Source: an uncultured Gemmatimonas sp.
GTDB lineage: Bacteria > Gemmatimonadota > Gemmatimonadetes > Gemmatimonadales > GWC2-71-9
Direction: 5' to 3'
Assembly: GCA_964649225.1 (NCBI GenBank)
Contig: CAZYPO010000002.1
Coordinates: forward strand, 48,384 to 102,671
DNA length: 54,288 bases
Translations under genes and position numbers: made by a program
Notes under the pieces: generated by a model
What the model saw: only the letters and a program-made list of their open reading frames with translations
Database searches by the model: none
Told to the model about the DNA's origin: nothing
Shown here: positions 42,784 through 51,367 of the stretch, piece by piece
How positions within the stretch are numbered: position 1 is the stretch's first letter
Layout of the letters: the number at the start of each line of letters is the position of its first letter

Positions 42784-43820
42784 CAGCCGCGCGCCTCCAT
42801 CAAAGCCTGGCCGGCGATCACCGCCACTCTTCCAGAACCGGCCGCAGCACTCCTCAACAACCGACCGTCGCCGAACCGCGCGAGGGCCCGTCCCGCTTCC
42901 ATGGCCACCCACGGTGATTCGTCGTGCAGGTACTGAAGCAGGCGGGGGAGTTTCGCCGGCTCCTCGAGCGATCCGAGCGCGCGCACCGCGTGCTGGCGAA
43001 TGACTTCATCCGGTGAATCGGCGAGGAGACGGATCGCCGCAAGGTGCCCGTCGTGGCCGACGACTGCCAGCAGGCGAAGACAGGCCGAGACCAGGTCCCG
43101 GTCGGTCACCCGCTTCGCCACCGAGGCGGCGACCGAGCCGGCCGGCAGATAGTTGAGTTTCAGGAGCGTCCTCGCGGCAACTTGCCGCACGCGCACCGAG
43201 GCGCTTTCGTCGGCGAGCACGTCGAGCAGTGCCGGGCTCACCGAGGACCCGATGGCCGCGAGGATCGACGCGAGAAAACCTGGATCCCAGGCTGCGAAGC
43301 GGTCGAGCCGGCCCAGCAGGTCCGGGGCGCTGGCCGCGTGCTCGGGCCGGGCCAGCGCACGCATCGCCGTCATTCCGACGAATTCTGAAGGGTCATTCAG
43401 TGCAGCGCTCACGAGCTCAACATGCCGATCCATGCCGAGCAGACCGAGCGCATGCACCGCCTGGGCTCGATACCCCGCATCCCGATGCCTGGCACGCTTC
43501 ACGAGATGAGGCAGGTAGGGCCGGACCACCTCCGCGCAGCGAGACCGTTCTTCCCCGCGCAACCGCCGAGCGAATCGGGAAACAACTTCCAGGAGATAGC
43601 GCTCCTCCCCCCGGCGGACTACCGCGTGCAGCTCGGTCGGCGACCGCACTCCGGCCAGCACCTGGAGGAGCAGATCGTGCCACCGCGCCTCGACCAGCGC
43701 CCAGCGGTGGGCCACCAGTGCGTTCCGCGCCCGGAGCACCCCCGCCAGTGCGGCGAGTGCGAACGTGATGAGAAGCAGGAGCCCGATGCCGACCACGAGG
43801 ACCGAAGCGGCGTCGGTCAC
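42783..43820 (-). CDS. membrane-anchored HEAT/PBS-lyase repeat protein
   Basis: One N-terminal TM, then repeats YRAQAVHALGLLG, VGMTAMRALAR, VRQVAARTLLKL, IRQHAVRALGSL, VAMEAGRALARFG. Confidence 0.82.
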   Translation of the reverse strand: MTDAASVLVVGIGLLLLITFALAALAGVLRARNALVAHRWALVEARWHDLLLQVLAGVRSPTELHAVVRRGEERYLLEVVSRFARRLRGEERSRCAEVVRPYLPHLVKRARHRDAGYRAQAVHALGLLGMDRHVELVSAALNDPSEFVGMTAMRALARPEHAASAPDLLGRLDRFAAWDPGFLASILAAIGSSVSPALLDVLADESASVRVRQVAARTLLKLNYLPAGSVAASVAKRVTDRDLVSACLRLLAVVGHDGHLAAIRLLADSPDEVIRQHAVRALGSLEEPAKLPRLLQYLHDESPWVAMEAGRALARFGDGRLLRSAAAGSGRVAVIAGQALMEARG

Positions 43821-43833
43821 GGCCCGGTCTCGT

Positions 43834-44922
43834 TCATGGCGCGAGGAGCCGCCGGACCCGGGCAGTCACCTCCCCGGGCGAAAACGGCTTGAGCACATAG
43901 TCCGTGGCCCCGAGGGAAAACGCCTTCACAAGGTCCGCTTCGGCGCCGAGGGCCGTCAGCATGACGATGGGGATCTTGGCCCAACCCGCCATCGCCCGCA
44001 GCCGGGTCAGTACGGAGAAGCCGTCCAGGCCGGGGAGCTTTACGTCCAGGATCACGAGACTCGGAGGGCCCGCGGCGGCAACCTGAAGCGCCTCGAGTCC
44101 GTCCGATACCGCGTGCACGCGAAAGCCGTCGCGCTCGAGCCGATGGCGCAAGACCTCGACCGTGAGATCGTCATCTTCGACGAGCAGAACATCCGCCGGC
44201 CCTTCGACACCCGCCTCGCTGCCCGCCGGGCCCCGGGGCGATGAGCCGCTTCGCGGCGAGTCCGCCCGCGCGCCGACCGCCCGAGCGAGCCGGGCGGTGA
44301 CGGCCGCGCCGATTGCGGCTGCGTTGAGGGGCTTCTGAAAGAATCCGTCGGCGCCAAGGGCATAACACTCTGCTTCGGTCTCCGGTCCCAGGGATGGCGA
44401 GATCGCCAACAGCGGCACCTGCGCCGTATGGCTCATGCGGCGCAATCGGCTGAGGAGCTTTCGCCCATCCTCGTCCGGCAGGACCAGATCGACCAGGATC
44501 AGGTCCACCGCCTGCTCGGCAAGCAGCTCGGTGGCCTCACGGGAGCTCTCGGCTACGAGGATGCGGCGGCCGGGAGCGCCAAGCGTTCCGGTGAGGAGAG
44601 AGCCGACCTGCGGATCATTGCCCACGAGCAGAATGGTTCGAAGCGGGATCGGCCCGGTGGCGGCACAACGGACGGCGATCTCGAACAATTGCTCGGCCAC
44701 GCTGAGATCAAATTCGGATTCCCCAATGGGGCGAGCAGCTTCGGTGATCTCCGGGAATCCGAACGCCGCTCCCGTTCCTTTCAGATCGTGGGCGAGGCGG
44801 CGAATCGCGTCCCAACCCCGATCGGATCCCGAGGCGGCAAGATCGATCGCGGCCCGGAGCGCATCGGCATGGACGGGGAGACGCGTCCGATAGATCTCGC
44901 GGAGCGAGGCCGGGTCGGTCAT
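43834..44922 (-). CDS. Hpt-REC-REC phosphorelay protein with no output domain
   Basis: Hpt motif LAHDLKGTGAAFGF; REC1 DLILVDLVLPDEDG...QKP; REC2 VEDD...LVILDVKLPGLDG...MLTA...LKPF. Confidence 0.85.
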   Translation of the reverse strand: MTDPASLREIYRTRLPVHADALRAAIDLAASGSDRGWDAIRRLAHDLKGTGAAFGFPEITEAARPIGESEFDLSVAEQLFEIAVRCAATGPIPLRTILLVGNDPQVGSLLTGTLGAPGRRILVAESSREATELLAEQAVDLILVDLVLPDEDGRKLLSRLRRMSHTAQVPLLAISPSLGPETEAECYALGADGFFQKPLNAAAIGAAVTARLARAVGARADSPRSGSSPRGPAGSEAGVEGPADVLLVEDDDLTVEVLRHRLERDGFRVHAVSDGLEALQVAAAGPPSLVILDVKLPGLDGFSVLTRLRAMAGWAKIPIVMLTALGAEADLVKAFSLGATDYVLKPFSPGEVTARVRRLLAP

Positions 44923-45149
44923 GCCGGCACCGGGACCGGGGACTCGAGGCCGGGCTCGCGGCGGGGCGAAAGCTCGAAGTATCGACGCGAGATCGTGTCC
45001 TCGCCTTGCTCGAACGCATCAAAAATGGAGGCGTGGCGGTGGAGGGCCCGGATGAGCAGGCCATTGTCCGTACAATGGTCGATCGGGGCTAGTCGTCTCA
45101 TGCTCTCGCATCCTACGGGGAACATCGCTTCCTGCGCCCGAAGCACCAT
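44919..45149 (-). pseudogene. probable remnant of a histidine-kinase HATPase_c domain
   Basis: TDNGLLIRALHRHASIFDAFEQGEDTISRRY resembles the G1 (DxG) and F boxes but lacks the following GGxGLGL G2 box. Its stop overlaps the Hpt-REC-REC ATG (ATGA). Confidence 0.5.
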
Positions 45150-45253
45150 GAAAACAACGGGTTAGAAGGATGATCTCCTGAATCCGGGCAAGCTCCGGGC
45201 CATCTGGCGGGATCCAGACACGGATTGGCAGGCGCGGATGCCGGGGCCGGAGC

Positions 45254-45290
45254 AAATTCAAACGGCTGAGAGCGTCCCGCCCTCAGCCGT
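45254..45290 (-). terminator. intrinsic terminator after rpsA
   Basis: Minus strand ACGGCTGAG-GGCGGGACGCT-CTCAGCCGT followed by TTGAATTT. Confidence 0.7.
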
Positions 45291-45318
45291 CCTCCTCCGG
45301 TCCTCACGGTCCGGTGCC

Positions 45319-47022
45319 CTACTCGATCACGTCCTCATCCGGCGGGGGAATCGGCCGGGGCGGCAGCGGCTCGAAGGGCTCGTCCGGAAATCCCGTGACC
45401 CCCACCACGACGCGGTGGTGAATCGGATCCACCTCCAGCACCTCGACGTCGAGCGGCTGTCCTTCCTTCACCACATCGCCCGGGTTCTCGACGGCCTGGT
45501 CGGTGCCGAGGTGCGACATCGGCACGAAGCCCTCGAGGTCGTTGCCCAGGTCGACCACCACGCCCTTGTCCATCAGGCGTACCGCACGGGCGCGCATCCG
45601 GGTGCCCACCGGGTAGTTCTCGCCGATCCGCAGCCAGGGATCCTCTTCGGCCTGTTTGAGACCGAGCGAGATTCGCTTGTTCTCGGCGTCGATGTTGAGT
45701 ACTACCACATCCACCGCGTCGCCCTTCTTCACCACTTCGGACGGATGCTGCACCCGCTTGGTCCAGGACATGTCCGAGATGTGGATCAGGCCGTCAATGC
45801 CCGGCTCCAGCTCTACGAAGGCGCCGAAGCTGGTCAGATTGCGGACCTTGCCCTGAATGCGGGTCCCGACCGGGTAGCGCTGCGGCAGAATCATCCAGGG
45901 ATCCTGTTCCGTCTGCTTCATGCCGAGGGAGATCTTCTCCTCGGTTTCGTCCACCTTGAGCACCACCGCTTCGATGGTCTCGCCGATCGAGACGATCTTC
46001 GAGGGATGCCGCACGTTCCGGGTCCAGCTCATCTCGGAGATGTGCACCAGGCCCTCGATGCCCGGCTCGAGCTCGACGAACGCGCCGTAATTGGTGATCG
46101 AGACCACCTTGCCCTGCACCCGGGTGCCGACCGGATACTTCTCGGAGACATCCTTCCAGGGATAGTTCTGCAGCTGCTTCATGCCCAGCGAGATCCGCTC
46201 GCGCTGCCAGTCGATGTCGAGCACCTTCACCTCGACCTCGGTGCCGATCTGCACCAGCTCGGTCGGGTGCGACACCCGGCCGTAGGACATGTCGGTGATG
46301 TGCAGCAGACCATCCACGCCGCCCAAGTCAATGAACGCGCCGAAGTCGGTGATGTTCTTGACGATGCCCTTTCGCACTTGGCCGACCTCGAGCTCCTTCA
46401 TCAGATGCTCACGCTTGCTGGCGCGCTCGGTTTCCAGAATGACCCGGCGGCTCACCACGATGTTGCGACGCCGCTTGTTGAGCTTGATGATCTTGAATTC
46501 GTAGCTCTGGCCCAGCAGCTCGTCGATGTTGGGCACCCGGCGCAGCGCGATCTGCGAGCCGGGGAGAAACGCGTCGACGCCCATCACATTCACGACCACC
46601 CCGCCCTTGATCTTCTTCATCAGGGTGCCTTCGACCGGCTGATCGCTCTCGTACGCAATGCGGATCTTTTCCCAGACCCGCATGAAGTCGGCCTTCTTCT
46701 TGGAGAGCACCACCGCGCCCTCCTGGTCTTCCAGGTGCTCGAGGAAGACCTCGACCTCATCGCCCTCTTTGGGAACGTCCTTGAATTCGTCGAGCGGGAC
46801 CGATCCCTCGGACTTGAAGCCGACGTCGAGAATCACCGCGTTCTCGGTGACGCGCAGCACCTTGGACTTGACGATCTCGCCCTCGGCGATGGACGCCATG
46901 GTGCCCTCGTACATCGAGAGCATCTTCTCGTAGTCTTCGGAGCTGTAGCTCTCGTCGATGAGGTCTTCGCGGACCCGGAGGCCCGTGTGGGTGGACAGCA
47001 TATCGGGAGTGGGATGGCTCAT
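45319..47022 (-). CDS. rpsA: 30S ribosomal protein S1
   Basis: DVGFKSEG, AFLPGSQ, VKNITDFGAFIDLGG, ITNYGAFVELEPG, LTSFGAFVELEPG S1 repeats. Start inferred at 47022. Confidence 0.95.
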   Translation of the reverse strand: MSHPTPDMLSTHTGLRVREDLIDESYSSEDYEKMLSMYEGTMASIAEGEIVKSKVLRVTENAVILDVGFKSEGSVPLDEFKDVPKEGDEVEVFLEHLEDQEGAVVLSKKKADFMRVWEKIRIAYESDQPVEGTLMKKIKGGVVVNVMGVDAFLPGSQIALRRVPNIDELLGQSYEFKIIKLNKRRRNIVVSRRVILETERASKREHLMKELEVGQVRKGIVKNITDFGAFIDLGGVDGLLHITDMSYGRVSHPTELVQIGTEVEVKVLDIDWQRERISLGMKQLQNYPWKDVSEKYPVGTRVQGKVVSITNYGAFVELEPGIEGLVHISEMSWTRNVRHPSKIVSIGETIEAVVLKVDETEEKISLGMKQTEQDPWMILPQRYPVGTRIQGKVRNLTSFGAFVELEPGIDGLIHISDMSWTKRVQHPSEVVKKGDAVDVVVLNIDAENKRISLGLKQAEEDPWLRIGENYPVGTRMRARAVRLMDKGVVVDLGNDLEGFVPMSHLGTDQAVENPGDVVKEGQPLDVEVLEVDPIHHRVVVGVTGFPDEPFEPLPPRPIPPPDEDVIE

Positions 47023-47113
47023 GATGGCGGGATCGCTCTCGGACCGGCGGCGGCGGGCCACCGGGCTAAAAGGTGAATCTCCCCGGCGCGGAAGTGCCCC
47101 GGCGAAGCCCTGC

Positions 47114-47142
47114 AAGATATCGACGGGTCAGAGCTCCGGCAA
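47114..47142 (-). promoter_or_regulatory. sigma70-type promoter of rpsA overlapping the cmk 3' end
   Basis: Minus strand TTGCCG-N17-TATCTT. Confidence 0.6.
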
Positions 47143-47808
47143 GCGGCGGCGGGTGATGCGAACGATCTCCCCGACCTGTTCGGCGAAATCCAGCTCGCTG
47201 GTATCGAGCGGCACGGCGTCGGCCGCCTGGCGCAGCGGGGCCACGGAGCGCGCACTGTCTTTGGCGTCGCGCTCGATGAGCAGCGCGGCCTCGCGCGCCA
47301 CCAGCGCCGCATCGGGCCGGTCGCCCCGCTGCAGCAGACGCCGCCGGGCCCGGGCCTCGGGTGTCGCGGTGAGAAAGACTTTTACCGGCGCGTCGGGAAA
47401 TACCGCGGTCCCGATGTCGCGGCCATCGAGCACCATCAGCCGCGAGCCGGTTGCCGCCTGGCGCAAGCGCGCGTTGACCCACTCGCGTACCTGCGGCCAG
47501 GCACTCACCTCCGAGACCCGCGCGTTGACTTCGGCGGTGCGCAGCAGCGGCTCGGCGTCGCGGCCCTCCAGAAACGGGACCAGTGAGCCCCCGGCTTCTC
47601 GGAGTTCGAGACCGCGCTCCTCCGCGAGGTGGAGTAGCCGCACTGGATCCGGCGGCTCGGGGCCGAGCGCGAGCGCGGTGAGCGCCCGATAGAGCGAGCC
47701 GGAATCGAGGTGGAGCGCCCCGAGCTCGCGCGCGACGGCCGCGGCGGTGGACGACTTGCCCGAAGCCGACGGGCCATCGATCGCGATCACGGTCCCCACC
47801 GTCCTCAC
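47128..47808 (-). CDS. cmk: cytidylate kinase
   Basis: IAIDGPSASGKSS, LDSGSLYR, DGRDIGTAVFPDA, ERDAKDSARSVAPL. Confidence 0.95.
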   Translation of the reverse strand: MRTVGTVIAIDGPSASGKSSTAAAVARELGALHLDSGSLYRALTALALGPEPPDPVRLLHLAEERGLELREAGGSLVPFLEGRDAEPLLRTAEVNARVSEVSAWPQVREWVNARLRQAATGSRLMVLDGRDIGTAVFPDAPVKVFLTATPEARARRRLLQRGDRPDAALVAREAALLIERDAKDSARSVAPLRQAADAVPLDTSELDFAEQVGEIVRITRRRLPEL

Positions 47809-47829
47809 CGTCCGTCCGTCCTCACTGTC
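47795..47829. repeat. CTCACCGTC nonamer array at the aroA/cmk overlap
   Basis: CCCACCGTC CTCACCGTC CGTCCGTC CTCACTGTC, which includes the GTGA stop/start overlap at 47805-47808. Confidence 0.75.
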
Positions 47830-49094
47830 CGTCCTCCCAGCACAGAGCGCAGCGTCCCCGCAAACCCCGGAAAACTCACCTCGGCACAGGCCAGGTTGTC
47901 GACCCGGACCCGGGCGCCTGGGACCGCGCGGAGCGTCGCGAACGCCATCGCGATGCGATGATCGGCCGCGGTGCGGACCCGGCCAACCGGCGGCGCCGCG
48001 CCTCCTTCGATCACCAGGGCATCCCCTTCGACCGCGGCCTGGCTGCCGATGGCGCGGAGATTCGCGGCGAGCAGGCCGAGCCGGTCGCTTTCCTTCACGC
48101 GCAACTCCCCCACTTCGTGAAAGCGGGTGACTCCGCCGGCCCGGGAGGCGAGTACCGCGAGGATCGGCACCTCATCGATAAGTCCCGGGATTTCCCGCGC
48201 CGTCACCGTCGTGGCCCGCAGCGGGCCCGGCTCCACGCTCAAGTCGCCGACCGGTTCGCCGCAGCGATCCCCTTGCGGGGAGACCGTCACTCTGGCGCCC
48301 ATGCGACCGAGCACGCGCAGGAATCCGGTGCGCGTCGGGTTGAGTCCCACTCCGGTGATTTCTAGTCGGCCGGATTCGGCGAGCAGCGCCGCGCCGATCA
48401 GGAAGGCCGCGGACGAAGGATCACCCGGCACCTCGAGATCGAACGGAGACAGCGCTCCGGTCGGAGAGAAGCGAATCCAGCCGGCCGCGTCCTCGACCAC
48501 CGAATAGCCGAAGGAACGGAGCAGGCGCTCCGTATGGTCTCGGGAGCGCCCTGAGGGCTCCAGGAGCGAAACCGTGACTTTGCCAGCTAATCCGGCAAAC
48601 AGCAGGCAACCCTTGATCTGCGCGCTGGACACCGGGAGCCGCCATTCGAGGGGCCGGAGGAGGCCACCCCGTATGCCCAGGGGAAGGCGGTCGGGATCTC
48701 CCGGCCCGAAATGTGCGCCCATTTGCGCGAGCGGCTCGGTGACCCGTCGCATCGGACGCGTGCGGAGCGACCTGTCACCGGTCAGCCGCGTCGTAAACTT
48801 GTGGGCTGCCAGCAGCCCCAAAGCCAGCCGAGTGGTGGTGCCCGAATTGCCGCAATCGAGGGTGCGGCCGGGGCGCTGAAAGCGCCGGCGTCCCTCAATC
48901 ACCACGTCCCGGCCCGGGTGGAGCGGCGAGATGGCGATACCCAGGCCACGCAGGACCCGAGCGGTGGAACGAGCATCCAGGGAGGCCAACGCACCGCGCA
49001 GGCGGGAGCGCCCGGCAGTCAGCCCCGCCAGCAGCAGGAGCCGGTGGGTCAGGCTCTTGTCGCCCGGCACTGAGACGGACCCTCGCACCCTCAT
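47805..49094 (-). CDS. aroA: 3-phosphoshikimate 1-carboxyvinyltransferase
   Basis: PGDKSLTHR, CGNSGTT, SSAQIK, SRDHTER, RVKESDRL, DHRIAMAF. Confidence 0.96.
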   Translation of the reverse strand: MRVRGSVSVPGDKSLTHRLLLLAGLTAGRSRLRGALASLDARSTARVLRGLGIAISPLHPGRDVVIEGRRRFQRPGRTLDCGNSGTTTRLALGLLAAHKFTTRLTGDRSLRTRPMRRVTEPLAQMGAHFGPGDPDRLPLGIRGGLLRPLEWRLPVSSAQIKGCLLFAGLAGKVTVSLLEPSGRSRDHTERLLRSFGYSVVEDAAGWIRFSPTGALSPFDLEVPGDPSSAAFLIGAALLAESGRLEITGVGLNPTRTGFLRVLGRMGARVTVSPQGDRCGEPVGDLSVEPGPLRATTVTAREIPGLIDEVPILAVLASRAGGVTRFHEVGELRVKESDRLGLLAANLRAIGSQAAVEGDALVIEGGAAPPVGRVRTAADHRIAMAFATLRAVPGARVRVDNLACAEVSFPGFAGTLRSVLGGRTVRTDGR

Positions 49095-49141
49095 GGACGC
49101 CGCTCCAATGCTTCCGTCGGGGTTGCTACTTGATTGTGGGA

Positions 49142-49170
49142 ATTGTAGTTATACGGTGCCCCTGTACCAA
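49142..49170 (-). promoter_or_regulatory. sigma70-type promoter of aroA-cmk
   Basis: Minus strand TTGGTA-N17-TACAAT. It interleaves with a weaker plus-strand TTGATT-N16-TACGGT (49130-49157). Confidence 0.6.
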
Positions 49171-49184
49171 CGTCCCCCGGAACC

Positions 49185-51362
49185 ATGAGCTCCATGACCT
49201 CTCAGGCCCCCGGACAAGAACCGCCCCCAGACTTCTGGCTCGCGCAGACCTTGCTCGATGCGGGGATTGTGCTGGGGGTGCAGGCCGAAGAGCTGCGCGA
49301 GATCGAGCACGAGGACGAGGAGGGGGGCACCGTCTGGGAGCGGGCCGTCACGCGTGGGTACGCCAGCGACGAGCGCATCGTGCAGGCGCTCGCCGCTCAG
49401 TTCAAAATCCCGCCAGCGGATCTCGCCACGGCCGACCTCCGCGCTGCCACGCTGCTCCCCGAAGTGGTGGCTCGCAAGCATCGCGTCGTGCCAGTCGCCG
49501 CCGATGATCGTACCATCACGCTGGCCACCGCCGACCCCCGCGACCTCGATCTCGAGGGCACGCTTCGCTTCGTGACCGGGCGCCGCATCGTCCTGCAAGT
49601 CGCGCCGCCCGCCGACATCGATAAGAAGATCGATGAGGCCTATCGCCCCGAGCGGACCATCAACCAGCTGCTCAGCGGCCTGAACCCCGCCACGCTCGAA
49701 TCGATCGAAGAGGTCCAGACCGGGGGCGCCGAGCGCGACCCCGCCCTCGACGCCCCGATGACCCGGCTGGTGGATGCGATGATCACCGATGGCGTCCGGG
49801 AGGGTGCCAGCGACATCCACGCGGAACCCCGCTCCGATGGCACCTCGGTGCGCTACCGGATCGATGGCGTGCTCAAGGAAGTGATGCGGCTGCCTTCCAA
49901 TGCCGGGCCTTCGCTGGTGCGCCGCGTGAAGATCCTGGCCAAGCTCGACGTGACCGATCCGTTGCACCCCCACGACGGCCGTGCCGGCGTACGCGTGGAT
50001 GGCAAGGTGATCGACCTCCGGATCGCCACGGTGCCGGTCGCCCGGCGCGGCGAGAAGGTCGTGATCCGAATTCTCGACAAAGCCAATCTGCGCGCGAATG
50101 TCCCCGACCTGCACCTGACCAAAAACGAGGAGCAGCTCTTCCAAAAATTCCTGGGCAACCGGGAGGGCATGGTGCTGGTGACCGGCCCCACCGGGAGCGG
50201 CAAGACCACCACCTTGTACGCGGCGATGAACGAGCTGAAGACCGGCAAGGTGAACATCGTCACGGTCGAGGACCCGGTCGAGTACGACATGCCGGGTATC
50301 TCCCAGCTCCAGGTCAACGAGGCGCAGGGCTTCACCTTTGCGACAGCGCTGCGCTCCGTGCTGCGCCAGGACCCCGACATCCTGCTGGTCGGTGAAATCC
50401 GCGACGCCGAGACTGCGGACATCGCGATCCAGGCCGCGCTCACCGGGCACCTGGTGTTGTCCACCCTGCACACCAACGATGCGCCCTCCGCCGTGGTCCG
50501 CATGCGGGACCTGGGGACCGATGGGTTCAAGCTCGCGGCGGTGCTCAAGGGGATCGTCGCCCAGCGGCTGGTACGCCGGGTCTGCGCGGCGTGTGCGGTG
50601 CCCATTCCGGTCGCCGAGCTGCCCAAGGAAGCCCGCCCGCCGAAGCGCCGCAAGGCCAAGCCCATGCGCGCGGTCGGCTGCAAGACCTGCAGCGGAACCG
50701 GGTACCGGGGACGCCTCGCGGTGCTGGAGATCATGCCAATCAACGACGCGGTCGCCCACCTGATCGAAGCCGGCGCGCTCACCGATGTGCTGAGCGCCGC
50801 CGCGCGGCCCCTCGGCATGCGCACGCTGTGGGAGAGCGCCTTGGAACGGGTCTGGCTCGGCCAGACCGATCTGGCTGAAGCGGTCCGCGTGCTGGGCGAC
50901 CGCTCGGAGGACGAGGCGGCCGCCGTGCCCGCGGCGGAGGCGGTTCCCGCCTCGATCCGCGCGGCGGTGAGCGCCTCCCATACCGGCAAGCCCCGGGTTC
51001 TGGTGGCCGACGACGACCAGCAGATGCGCCGCCTGGTGCGCTCCATCCTCGAGCGGGATGGGTACGAAGTCACCGAGGCGGCGGACGGCCTCGACGCGCT
51101 CGAGCAAGTGGAGAACAAGCCCTTCGACCTGTTGCTGCTCGACATCGACATGCCGAGGCTCGACGGGCTCGGCGTGCTGGAAGAGCTCCGGACCCGCATC
51201 AAGACGCTGGGCGTCCCGGTGATCGTGCTGACCGCGCGCACCGATGACACCGAGACGCGGGTGCTCGATCTCGGCGCGCAGGACTTCCTGACCAAGCCGG
51301 TGCAACCCAAGTCCCTGCAGGCGAGGGTCAAGGCCGTGCTGCGGCGCGCCAAGCTGGCCTGA
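49185..51362 (+). CDS. PilB/GspE-family ATPase fused to a C-terminal receiver domain
   Basis: T2SSE_N-type N-terminus, SDIH.EP, Walker A GPTGSGKTTT, TVEDPVEY, LRQDPDILLVGEIRD, GHLVLSTLHTN, tetracysteine CAAC...CKTC and GYRGR. It ends in a REC domain (VADDD...LLLLDIDMP...LTA...TKP). Confidence 0.92.
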   Translation: MSSMTSQAPGQEPPPDFWLAQTLLDAGIVLGVQAEELREIEHEDEEGGTVWERAVTRGYASDERIVQALAAQFKIPPADLATADLRAATLLPEVVARKHRVVPVAADDRTITLATADPRDLDLEGTLRFVTGRRIVLQVAPPADIDKKIDEAYRPERTINQLLSGLNPATLESIEEVQTGGAERDPALDAPMTRLVDAMITDGVREGASDIHAEPRSDGTSVRYRIDGVLKEVMRLPSNAGPSLVRRVKILAKLDVTDPLHPHDGRAGVRVDGKVIDLRIATVPVARRGEKVVIRILDKANLRANVPDLHLTKNEEQLFQKFLGNREGMVLVTGPTGSGKTTTLYAAMNELKTGKVNIVTVEDPVEYDMPGISQLQVNEAQGFTFATALRSVLRQDPDILLVGEIRDAETADIAIQAALTGHLVLSTLHTNDAPSAVVRMRDLGTDGFKLAAVLKGIVAQRLVRRVCAACAVPIPVAELPKEARPPKRRKAKPMRAVGCKTCSGTGYRGRLAVLEIMPINDAVAHLIEAGALTDVLSAAARPLGMRTLWESALERVWLGQTDLAEAVRVLGDRSEDEAAAVPAAEAVPASIRAAVSASHTGKPRVLVADDDQQMRRLVRSILERDGYEVTEAADGLDALEQVENKPFDLLLLDIDMPRLDGLGVLEELRTRIKTLGVPVIVLTARTDDTETRVLDLGAQDFLTKPVQPKSLQARVKAVLRRAKLA

Positions 51363-51367
51363 GCGCC

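Noticed and set aside
42783-43820. HEAT-repeat gene as an anti-phage defence component
   Set aside because: There is no nuclease, NTPase, TIR or similar effector nearby, and coupling to a GT2 and a barrel fits surface polymer synthesis better.
45019-45261. LARIQEIILL in the 80-aa minus ORF as the kinase N-box
   Set aside because: The resemblance is too weak (no NAxKF) to count as evidence.
49230-49420. Functional MshEN c-di-GMP binding site in the PilB-like ATPase
   Set aside because: Both repeats lack the RLG residues, so I treat the site as degenerate.
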